From an uncultured Candidatus Saccharibacteria bacterium (GTDB lineage: Bacteria; Patescibacteriota; Minisyncoccia; Phycocordibacterales; UBA9973), in contig CAZJQE010000002.1 of assembly GCA_964548505.1 (NCBI GenBank), positions 1 to 39,295 of the forward strand: DNA of 39,295 nucleotides, written 5' to 3'. The first letter of the stretch is position 1; every line of letters begins with the position of its first letter. Below are positions 31,784-39,295 of the stretch, piece by piece. The notes under the pieces were generated by a model that had not been told where the DNA came from, ran no database searches, and saw only the letters and a list, made by a program, of their open reading frames with translations. Position numbers and translations under genes: made by a program.

Positions 31784-33496
31784 TTAATATACCTCTTGCT
31801 GATAGCATCGCTCACAATAAACTTTCTCAGGTCTCTCTGGGGCATAAGTAGTTTCGAAAGTATTTTCACAACCTTCCTTCATGCATTTTCTATACCAAAG
31901 TTTCAAAGGATTTCTTTTTTGGGTTCTTTGATAGTGCCTACAATTAGGACAAAGATGGGGAATCGGTAAATTCATTCTTTGGTAGAATTTTAACTCATCA
32001 GGAATAATTTTAAATGCTTCAGTGCATTGTTCATTACAAGCGCCTTTGTGTTCACACTCTATTACTTTTCCCAAAATATCATCATTAATATTTTCTATAT
32101 TGTCAGGAATATTCTCATTTTTAATATCTATTTTGTAATTTCTTTCTTTCCTATCATTCCATTTATACCCTTGCAGGATAGCTTCTTCTTTTGTTAGTGG
32201 AAAATATTCCTGAGCTACTGTTTCGTTATAGAAAAATGGACTTAATTCTGGTGGAAAAAATTCCCCGTATTTATAAATCCTTCCATTGATATCTACATAT
32301 GGAATATCTTCCATTTGCTTAAGAATCTTAGGTATTAATTCTTCATATTCTTCTTTCTGATATTGTTTATTTAAAATACAATATTTTTTACTTTTCATTC
32401 CAACACATCCAAATAGATATGAGGAATCTGGACAGACATAAAGAAGATTCGAGTTTCTATTATTTTTTGACTGAATATAAAATTTAGTTTGGTAAGAATT
32501 ATCTCCTACGATTGAAGCTTCATAAATCAGTTCATTTTTCAAACAACCACATATGTCATAACTTGTTTTTGCCCCTTCCGTTGCTCGCCAACAATATTTA
32601 ATGTCTTCTCCTTCGCCATTAAAACACAAGTGGGCATTCTTAGAATTTGACATATTGTCACCAGTTACGTTGGTACACTTTAAAATATTGGCAAATTTAT
32701 GAATGGATTTTTTGTACAATTCATCAAATTCTTCTTTAAATAATTTCTGTGATTTATGAGAATTTATTTCATACTTTTCTAATTCTTTTAAATATTCTTC
32801 TCTTTCATATTGTTTATTTCTAATACAAAAACTTTTATAACGTAGATTTGAACACATAAAACAATCTGTGCAATTTACACAATCAAATAAAAAATTAGAA
32901 TCACTGCACTCTCGACAATTTACCAAATAAGAAGATTTATAGCATTTTGCGGTATTTAAATTTTGATAACATAATTCTGAATCGGTGGTCCAATAGCAAT
33001 CAACACAATCTTTACTTCGCTCCATTATTTGAGAATAAAAAACATTTTCACTTCTTACTGCAACAGAAAGATAAACATTTTTTGAATAAGCACTATGGTT
33101 TGAGTAATCTGTTTGGATGTTATTAAAACCCCATAAATTAATAATCGGGACAGTTTCAATCAATTCTTTATATTGCTGGAAAAAGGGTTTAGAAAAATCA
33201 TAGTCTTTACCATAGACAGTTGCATCCCAACCATCCCCCCACCAACAATCATGACAATAAACTGGGGATTTACAATCTCTAGAAATTGCACTAATAATAT
33301 TTTTTTTACAAAAATTACATTCGCGCTTATAGAAATTTCTTTCATTTCTCCAAATCAAACGTCTCACCAATCTACATTCCGGGCACCAAGTCGGTGCTGG
33401 AACTTTTATTTTTTCGTAAAAATTAAAATCCTCAGATTCGATTACGAATTCTTGCTTGCAATTCTGGCAGTTTTTTGTTTCACTTTTATATTCCAT
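31784..33496 (-). CDS. Cysteine-rich multi-zinc-ribbon protein, paralog A (570 aa)
   Basis: The N-terminus is CQNC...FYEKIKVPAPTWCPECR. The central cluster is DCVNCTDCFMC. YCI.NKQY..EEY occurs twice. C-terminal motifs are FYQRMNLPIPHLCPNCR and YCERCYQQEVY. Confidence 0.8.
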   Translation of the reverse strand: MEYKSETKNCQNCKQEFVIESEDFNFYEKIKVPAPTWCPECRLVRRLIWRNERNFYKRECNFCKKNIISAISRDCKSPVYCHDCWWGDGWDATVYGKDYDFSKPFFQQYKELIETVPIINLWGFNNIQTDYSNHSAYSKNVYLSVAVRSENVFYSQIMERSKDCVDCYWTTDSELCYQNLNTAKCYKSSYLVNCRECSDSNFLFDCVNCTDCFMCSNLRYKSFCIRNKQYEREEYLKELEKYEINSHKSQKLFKEEFDELYKKSIHKFANILKCTNVTGDNMSNSKNAHLCFNGEGEDIKYCWRATEGAKTSYDICGCLKNELIYEASIVGDNSYQTKFYIQSKNNRNSNLLYVCPDSSYLFGCVGMKSKKYCILNKQYQKEEYEELIPKILKQMEDIPYVDINGRIYKYGEFFPPELSPFFYNETVAQEYFPLTKEEAILQGYKWNDRKERNYKIDIKNENIPDNIENINDDILGKVIECEHKGACNEQCTEAFKIIPDELKFYQRMNLPIPHLCPNCRHYQRTQKRNPLKLWYRKCMKEGCENTFETTYAPERPEKVYCERCYQQEVY

Positions 33497-33504
33497 CTTT
33501 TTTA

Positions 33505-33531
33505 TTTATTCCACTTTAGTTTAGTAAAGTA
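33505..33531 (-). repeat. 27-nt intergenic block shared by the two spacers of the Cys-rich operon (copy 1)
   Basis: TTTATTCCACTTTAGTTTAGTAAAGTA is identical to 35246-35272. Confidence 0.8.
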
Positions 33532-33532
33532 A

Positions 33533-35230
33533 TTAATATACTTCCTTTTTATAACAATCTTCACAATATACGATTTCGGGTCGGTCAGAAGCCCAAGATG
33601 TTTTTATATCTTTATCACACTTTGCACATTTACGATTATGAATTTCAATTGGATTTAAAAGTTGTGTACGTTCCCTGTCTCGACAAATAAAACATTTATA
33701 TGGAATAGGTAAATTAAACTTTCTGTAAAATTCTAATTCCATTTTAATAAGTCGATAATTTTTCCCACATTTTTCACATTTTAAAATTTCTTTTAAAATA
33801 GAATCTTCCACATCTTTTATATGTTCCGGAGTCTTAATTGTTGCATCTTGATAATCCCTCGGCTCAGCATCACGCCAAACAAAACCTTCTTTCTCAGCCT
33901 CTTTTTTTTCTAAAGGGAACCACTCCATGGCTGTTGACTCATTGTATGCCCAAGGAGAAAATTCACTCGGCATCATTTCACCATAAAAATATTTCTTTCC
34001 AGTTTTATCAATATATGGAATATCCTTCATCTGTTTTCTCAACTTTGTTGTTATTTCTAAATATTGTTCTTTTGAATATTTTTTATTTAAAATGCAATAC
34101 TCTCCATTTCTGACCCCAACACAACCAAACATATTATTTGAGGAGTGACATCCAAAACAAAATTCAATATTACTTGTGGCATAATTCCAAACACTAAATT
34201 TTACATTGCTAATATTTTCTCCAACCCAACAAGATTCATAAACCAACTCCGCATTTTCACCAAAAAGAGAATAGTCATAACAATTTTCTACTGGTCCAGC
34301 TTTTAAGAATTGACAATATTTACAATCTTTCGCTTTGCGTACCATATATGAATCGTGAACATTTTTTGAATTATAAACATATTCACCTGTTGTGTTATCA
34401 CTTGCCCTATCATTAAATTGCTTACGTGGTTGTGTTAGTAAAAATTCCATTGCTTGTTTTCTAAACTTTTCTAAACTTTCCTTTGTACCAAAGTCATATT
34501 TTTTAAAAATTTTTTCATATTCACCTTTTTCGTATTGTTTATTGAAAATACAATATTTCTTCTTTGTAAGATTGGCGCAACCAACGCAGTCTGAACAGCC
34601 AACACAACTTCTACAAAACCACATATTTATTGAGCTAACCACATCTTCACAAAAAAATGCTTGATAACTTCTCCAAGTAAGTATGTTGCCATACCCCATT
34701 TGATCATGACGATTATAAGAACAATCAATACAATCTTTTACATCAGTAACTAAATTTACATAAGCACATTTTTCAGCCCCTGTGACTCGAAAACATAAAT
34801 AACATTCTTTACATTGGCTGGCAGCATTGCAATAATCACTTCGCACCATTAACGAATGCTCACTATAAAGATTTGGAAGTGGTACATCTTTTATAAGTTC
34901 TTTAAATTGTTCAAGGAATGGTCGCGACCAATCAATTTCCTTGCCATATTCTATCGGATCCCATTTATCGCTCCACCATACATCTTGACGATAAATTTTA
35001 TTTTTTGAATCAGGATGATGTGTTGTTATCAATTCTTCTCCAGTAAAATCACATTTTCTTTTATATAAAATTTGATATCCTTGCCAAGAAAGTCTTCTCT
35101 TTAGTCTACACTCTGGACACCAAGTCGGTGGTGGCACATTTATTTTTTCGTAAAAATTAAAATCATCGGGTTCTATTATGAAATCACATTTACAATTCTG
35201 GCATATTTTGTTTTCACTCTTATGTTCCAT
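33533..35230 (-). CDS. Cysteine-rich multi-zinc-ribbon protein, paralog B (565 aa)
   Basis: It has the same architecture as paralog A. The second N-terminal ribbon has lost its cysteines. The C-terminus is YCEDCYKKEVY. Confidence 0.8.
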   Translation of the reverse strand: MEHKSENKICQNCKCDFIIEPDDFNFYEKINVPPPTWCPECRLKRRLSWQGYQILYKRKCDFTGEELITTHHPDSKNKIYRQDVWWSDKWDPIEYGKEIDWSRPFLEQFKELIKDVPLPNLYSEHSLMVRSDYCNAASQCKECYLCFRVTGAEKCAYVNLVTDVKDCIDCSYNRHDQMGYGNILTWRSYQAFFCEDVVSSINMWFCRSCVGCSDCVGCANLTKKKYCIFNKQYEKGEYEKIFKKYDFGTKESLEKFRKQAMEFLLTQPRKQFNDRASDNTTGEYVYNSKNVHDSYMVRKAKDCKYCQFLKAGPVENCYDYSLFGENAELVYESCWVGENISNVKFSVWNYATSNIEFCFGCHSSNNMFGCVGVRNGEYCILNKKYSKEQYLEITTKLRKQMKDIPYIDKTGKKYFYGEMMPSEFSPWAYNESTAMEWFPLEKKEAEKEGFVWRDAEPRDYQDATIKTPEHIKDVEDSILKEILKCEKCGKNYRLIKMELEFYRKFNLPIPYKCFICRDRERTQLLNPIEIHNRKCAKCDKDIKTSWASDRPEIVYCEDCYKKEVY

Positions 35231-35245
35231 TTTTTACTTTTTTTC

Positions 35246-35272
35246 TTTATTCCACTTTAGTTTAGTAAAGTA
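35246..35272 (-). repeat. 27-nt intergenic block (copy 2)
   Basis: Identical to 33505-33531. Confidence 0.8.
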
Positions 35273-35285
35273 GGTATTATTTATC

Positions 35286-37013
35286 TTAATATACTTCCTT
35301 CTGGTAACATTTTTCACAGTATATGATTTCAGATCTATCTGGCGAATACGTTGACTCAAATTCTTCATGACACTTGCCACTATGTCCGTGACTTTCTTTA
35401 TCACACATACAAGACCTATGCCAGAGTTTAAATGGGTTTCTTCTTTTTACTCTATTCGCATGCCTACAATAAAAACATCTCCTTGGAATTGGAATTTCCA
35501 TTTTTTTATAAAAAATTAATTCATTTTGCACAATTTTATAATTCCTATTGCATTCAATACAAGATAAAATTTCATTCAAAATACTCTCATTAACATCATT
35601 TATCGATTCAGGTATATCCTCAGGCTTCAATGTCTCCTTTCCGGTCGTGTGTTGCGTATGGTCTTGCCATTTATATCCTTCTTTCAAAGCTTCTTCTTTT
35701 GTAAGTGGAAACTGTTCTGGGGCCTGGGTCTCGTTGTATCCAAATGGCGAAAGTTCACTTGGAAAAAATTCTCCATATTTATAGATATTCCCCTTTTTAT
35801 CGACATATGGCATGTCGTTCATATGTTTTATTATTTTCGGCAACAGTTCTTCATATTCTTCTTTGGTGTATTGTTTGTTCAAAATAGAATAATTGGTATT
35901 GCGAAGCGCGTCACAACCAATTACATATTTGCAGTTATGACAATGCTGAGTGTAATGAATGTCTTGATTTTTGGGAGAAAAAATTCCAAAACGATTGAGC
36001 TGTGAGTGATCAACCACTATTCCTTCGTAGCACTCCGAAAGTTCCCCGGATACTGTTAAGTCATAGACGTCTTTGTCTCTAGTACAAAAATCACAATATC
36101 TAGAATTTTCAAAACTTTTTACCACAAAAGAATCTCTAGTATTTTTACTATTTGAGATAACATCACCCGTGCAATTAATATTTTGAATCGCATTAACATA
36201 CTTTCTAGGAATTTTTAAAATAAACTCATCATATTCCTTTTGTGCTTTTTCAACTCCAGAAAATGTATCCAATCTATAACTTTTTAAAATTCTTTCATAT
36301 TCAACTTTCTCATATTCTTCGTTTTTAAAATGATATTTCTTACCTCGTAAGTTGGCACACATAAAACAATTAGAACAATCTCCACAGTTGTATAAAAATT
36401 GCGAATCGATACAGGCAATATTAAATTGTCCATATTTTAACTGATAACAATTACGAGCAATCATACACTCATAAAGCCATTCATTCTTTGACCTTAAGTT
36501 CATGCAATCCATTAAGTCTTTTCCACCTCTGTCGATAAAGAAACTATACATAACATTTTCCACATACCACCCAGAAAAAACCATATAACAATTTTTCGAA
36601 AACCAGAAGTCATGAGTATATTCACAATTGAGACTCGCTATTCCGTCATCGTTTACGATAGCCATATGCGGTACTTTGTGCATTAGTTCATCAAACTGCA
36701 CAAAAAACGGCTTTGTGAAATCATAATCCATGCCATAACTTTTTGGGTCCCATTTATCACTCCACCAACATTTATTGCAATAAACGATAATTTTAGATTC
36801 TGGAGAATATAAGGTCACAACTGACTTTCCGCAAAGGTCACATTTGCTGTTATATAACGACATTATATTTCTCCAAGCATATCTTCTTTGCATTCTGCAA
36901 GGTGGACAAAAGGTAGGTGGTGGAACCTTTACTTTCTCATAAAATCCAAAATCATTCGAGTCAATCACGAAATCATACTTACAGTTTTGGCAAATTCGAG
37001 TTTCAGTCTTCAT
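35286..37013 (-). CDS. Cysteine-rich multi-zinc-ribbon protein, paralog C (575 aa from MKTETRICQNC)
   Basis: The start was trimmed from 37274 to 37013 for three reasons: the upstream 87 codons overlap the dnaK 3' end and its terminator, the paralog alignment begins here, and TATCAT lies 6 nt upstream. Confidence 0.8.
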   Translation of the reverse strand: MKTETRICQNCKYDFVIDSNDFGFYEKVKVPPPTFCPPCRMQRRYAWRNIMSLYNSKCDLCGKSVVTLYSPESKIIVYCNKCWWSDKWDPKSYGMDYDFTKPFFVQFDELMHKVPHMAIVNDDGIASLNCEYTHDFWFSKNCYMVFSGWYVENVMYSFFIDRGGKDLMDCMNLRSKNEWLYECMIARNCYQLKYGQFNIACIDSQFLYNCGDCSNCFMCANLRGKKYHFKNEEYEKVEYERILKSYRLDTFSGVEKAQKEYDEFILKIPRKYVNAIQNINCTGDVISNSKNTRDSFVVKSFENSRYCDFCTRDKDVYDLTVSGELSECYEGIVVDHSQLNRFGIFSPKNQDIHYTQHCHNCKYVIGCDALRNTNYSILNKQYTKEEYEELLPKIIKHMNDMPYVDKKGNIYKYGEFFPSELSPFGYNETQAPEQFPLTKEEALKEGYKWQDHTQHTTGKETLKPEDIPESINDVNESILNEILSCIECNRNYKIVQNELIFYKKMEIPIPRRCFYCRHANRVKRRNPFKLWHRSCMCDKESHGHSGKCHEEFESTYSPDRSEIIYCEKCYQKEVY

Positions 37014-37045
37014 CTTAACATGATAATTCTTTTTAAGAATAAAAT

Positions 37046-37082
37046 CAAAAAGACCCAAACATATCGTTTGGGTCTTTTTTTG
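37046..37082 (-). terminator. Rho-independent terminator after dnaK
   Basis: GACCCAAAC (37052-37060), loop ATATC, GTTTGGGTC (37066-37074), flanked by an A-run and a T-run. Confidence 0.75.
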
Positions 37083-37089
37083 AAAAATC

Positions 37090-38988
37090 CTACTTATTTT
37101 CTTCAGGTTTTTCCCTTTCCTTGAATTCAGCGTCGTGAACTTCTGGATTTTGTTCTTCTGGGGTGGTGTCTTTTGTATCAGTTGCTCCAGCTTTTGCCAT
37201 CGCTTCTCCGATTTTAGACATCTCACTTGAAAGTTCTTCAGTAGCTTTTTTGATTGCCCCTTCATCAGAACCATCTTTCACAGCTCGCAAGGCAGAAATT
37301 TTTTCATTTACACCTTTCTTCACATCTTCAGGAATTTTAGCTTCATTTTCCTTTACAGATTTTTCTGCCGTATAAATAATCATCTCAGCCGTGTTTTTAA
37401 TTTCAACCAATTCTTTTTTCTTTTTATCTTCTTCAGCATGAACTTCAGCATCTTGTTGCATTTTTTTAATATCTTCGTCTTTAAGTCCTGAAGAAGCTTC
37501 AATTCTAATTGACTGAACTTTCCCAGATGCTTTATCCATTGCTTTTACATTAAGTATACCGTTTGCATCAATATCAAAAGTAACTTCAATTTGAGGCATA
37601 CCTCGATGTGCTGGTGGAATTCCATCTAAAATAAATCTACCTAAACTCTTATTGTCGGATGCCATTGGACGTTCACCTTGCACAATGTGAATTTCAACAG
37701 AAGTTTGATTGTCAGCTGCAGTTGAGAATGTTTGTGACTTACTTGATGGAATAGTTGTATTTCTTTCAACTAATTTTGTAGCTACTCCTCCTAATGTTTC
37801 AATCCCCATTGATAGTGGAATCACATCAAGAAGTAAAACGTCTCGTACGTCTCCTGCAAGTACTCCTGCTTGCACTGCGGCACCAAGAGCTACAACTTCG
37901 TCAGGATTAATAGACATATTTGGCATTCTACCGAAAAGATTTTTTACTGCTTCCACGATTGCTGGCATTCTAGTCTGTCCTCCAACCATTATGATTTCAT
38001 TAATTTCTGCCATCTTAAATGGTGAAGCTTCAAGTGCTCTTTTGGTAATTTCAATTGAACGGTCAACGTATTCTTTTGCTAAAGATTCCAAGGTTGCTCG
38101 AGACATTTTAAGAAGTAAGTGTTTAGGACCTGAAGCATCAGAAGTAATAAATGGGATATTAATTTCTGCCTCCATGGTGGTAGAAAGTTCATGTTTTGCT
38201 TTCTCAGCTGCTTCTTTTAATCTCTGATGTGCAAGTGGGTCTTTCGTTATATCAATACCAGATTCTTTTTTAAATTCATCAGCAATCCAAGTTACAATCT
38301 TTCGATCAATATCTCCACCACCCATATGAGAGTCTCCATCAGTTGATTTTACTTCAATAACGTCATCTCCAATTTCAAGCACGGAAACATCAAATGTTCC
38401 ACCTCCAAAGTCATACACCACTATCTTTTCATTTTTCTTTTTGTTAAATCCATATGCAAGTGCGGCCGCCGTTGGCTCATTGATAATTCTTTTTACATCA
38501 AGCCCTGCGATTGCTCCAGCATCCTTGGTTGCTTTTCTTTGTGCATCGTTAAAATATGCCGGCACCGTGATGACAGCTTCAGTAATTTTTTCTCCTAACT
38601 TTGCTTCAACGTCTGCTTTTATTTTTTGTAATACCATCGCAGAAATTTCTTCTGGACGATAAAACTTTTCAGACATTTTTACTTTTACTCCACCATCTTC
38701 ACCTGTTTCTATTTTAAATGGAGCAGAAGTTCTATCTTTTTGTACTTCTGGATCATCAAAACGATGACCCATATATCTTTTAATTTCTGAAATCGTATTT
38801 TCTGGATTTGTAACTGCTTGACGTTTTGCCAAGAGTCCCACAATTCTGTCTCCATTTTTTGCAGTTGCTACAATAGAAGGAGTCGTGCGATTACCTTCAA
38901 CATTTTCAATAATTTTTGGTGCACCTCCTTCGATAATTGCTACCGCTGAATTTGTTGTACCTAAGTCTATACCTATAATTTTACTCAT
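37090..38988 (-). CDS. dnaK: Molecular chaperone DnaK (Hsp70)
   Basis: [21 protein letters not shown] and VGGQTRMP are present, and the protein is full length at 632 aa. Confidence 0.95.
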   Translation of the reverse strand: MSKIIGIDLGTTNSAVAIIEGGAPKIIENVEGNRTTPSIVATAKNGDRIVGLLAKRQAVTNPENTISEIKRYMGHRFDDPEVQKDRTSAPFKIETGEDGGVKVKMSEKFYRPEEISAMVLQKIKADVEAKLGEKITEAVITVPAYFNDAQRKATKDAGAIAGLDVKRIINEPTAAALAYGFNKKKNEKIVVYDFGGGTFDVSVLEIGDDVIEVKSTDGDSHMGGGDIDRKIVTWIADEFKKESGIDITKDPLAHQRLKEAAEKAKHELSTTMEAEINIPFITSDASGPKHLLLKMSRATLESLAKEYVDRSIEITKRALEASPFKMAEINEIIMVGGQTRMPAIVEAVKNLFGRMPNMSINPDEVVALGAAVQAGVLAGDVRDVLLLDVIPLSMGIETLGGVATKLVERNTTIPSSKSQTFSTAADNQTSVEIHIVQGERPMASDNKSLGRFILDGIPPAHRGMPQIEVTFDIDANGILNVKAMDKASGKVQSIRIEASSGLKDEDIKKMQQDAEVHAEEDKKKKELVEIKNTAEMIIYTAEKSVKENEAKIPEDVKKGVNEKISALRAVKDGSDEGAIKKATEELSSEMSKIGEAMAKAGATDTKDTTPEEQNPEVHDAEFKEREKPEENK

Positions 38989-39082
38989 AATTTTTTTAAA
39001 TTTTTCGGGAAAAGGTCGTTCCTCTGTTGAGCCCGAGGTGCGACCTTAAAGAGAAAAATTTTTAACTAACTTATAATGTTTT

Positions 39083-39150
39083 CCCGGTTAGTAGATTTTA
39101 ATGATGCCCCCTTGGGGCGTGCTTTGCATATCATTAAAATTCACTACCGG
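39083..39150 (+). repeat. Asymmetric inverted-repeat module, copy 3
   Basis: CCCGGTTAGTAGATTTTAATGAT (39083-39105) and ATCATTAAAATTCACTACCGGG (39129-39150) are separated by 23 nt. The spacer contains the hairpin GCCCC-TT-GGGGC. TATAAT (39072-39077) lies 5 nt upstream on the + strand. Confidence 0.7.
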
Positions 39151-39245
39151 GTTTTAATTTATTTTTTATACTATCCCGACTTCGACTTTCGGGGTTTGTA
39201 ATTAAATTTATCTACATAAAAGTATATACCAATATTATATTTTTG

Positions 39246-39275
39246 ACAAGTATTTCGCGACCGCAAAATACTTGT
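39246..39275. promoter_or_regulatory. Perfect 10-bp palindrome (operator-like) at the window edge
   Basis: ACAAGTATTT (39246-39255) and AAATACTTGT (39266-39275) are separated by 10 nt. The palindrome overlaps TTGACA (39243-39248) and precedes TGaTATTAT (39276-39284) and an ATG at 39293. Confidence 0.4.
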
Positions 39276-39295
39276 TGATATTATATTCATATATG

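Noticed and set aside
34900-35010. An HPD tripeptide in Cys-rich paralog B (..THHPDSK..), a possible J-domain signature.
   Set aside because: It is not conserved in paralogs A and C. It is not embedded in a helical J-domain-like sequence.
37014-37274. An 87-codon N-terminal extension of the third Cys-rich ORF (track start 37274).
   Set aside because: It overlaps the dnaK 3' end and runs through the dnaK terminator hairpin. It is lysine-rich low-complexity and has no counterpart in the two paralogs. The ATG at 37013 aligns with the paralog starts and has a -10 box 6 nt upstream.
38989-39200. A CIRCE/HrcA operator upstream of dnaK, and a CIRCE-like half-site TTAGCACT at about 22044.
   Set aside because: No TTAGCACTC-N9-GAGTGCTAA is present upstream of dnaK. 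The 22044 match has no inverted partner.
1-39295. CRISPR arrays, rRNA genes, transposases/IS elements and diversity-generating retroelements.
   Set aside because: I saw no regularly spaced direct repeats. I saw no reverse transcriptase or transposase motifs in any frame of the track. I saw no template/variable repeat pair next to the surface-protein genes.
1-39295. An alternative genetic code (UGA recoded, as in some CPR lineages).
   Set aside because: Long conserved genes (dnaK, lepA, ppsA, valS, the 8.3-kb ORF) are uninterrupted under the standard code. The stops I checked are TAA or TAG, which fits an AT-rich genome without invoking recoding.

Overview
The window is AT-rich and densely coding. 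Gene content looks like a small-genome Patescibacteria/CPR-type bacterium, which is my inference.

Layout, left to right:
- 1-5709: a putative integrated element, cut by the window edge. It carries a secreted protein, an SSB-like gene, an S49 peptidase, an HTH replication-initiator-like gene and a tyrosine integrase. It abuts a truncated tRNA-Val.
- 5761-14617 (-): a small C-terminally anchored surface protein and a ~2770-aa giant surface protein with beta-solenoid-like modules, about 12 FN3 repeats and a LamG-like domain.
- 14758-19308 (+): tsaD, valS, a PrsW-like protease and Hsp20.
- 19386-21948: a tRNA island (Phe, Arg, Gly) interleaved with a small membrane protein, a LAGLIDADG-like gene, a matrixin-like protease and a glutaredoxin-like gene.
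- 22724-29283: a carbon-metabolism cluster of ppsA, eno, an AEC permease, a GLYK-type glycerate kinase and a D-2-hydroxyacid dehydrogenase.
- 29326-38988: an FtsB-like gene, lepA, three tandem cysteine-rich multi-zinc-ribbon paralogs, and dnaK.

No CRISPR array, rRNA or transposase was seen.

Most interesting observations:
1. The three ~570-aa Cys-rich paralogs occupy the slot downstream of dnaK and belong to no family I can name.
2. A conserved asymmetric inverted-repeat module occurs three times at 5' ends of transcription units.
3. A GC-rich, in-frame palindromic insertion sits inside tsaD.
4. A promoter-driven pseudoknotted RNA with two GAAA hairpins lies in the mobile element.
5. Ten genes share a -10 box followed by exactly 6 nt and then ATG, which suggests leaderless transcription.

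All functional calls come from reading motifs in the translations by eye. No database search was run.
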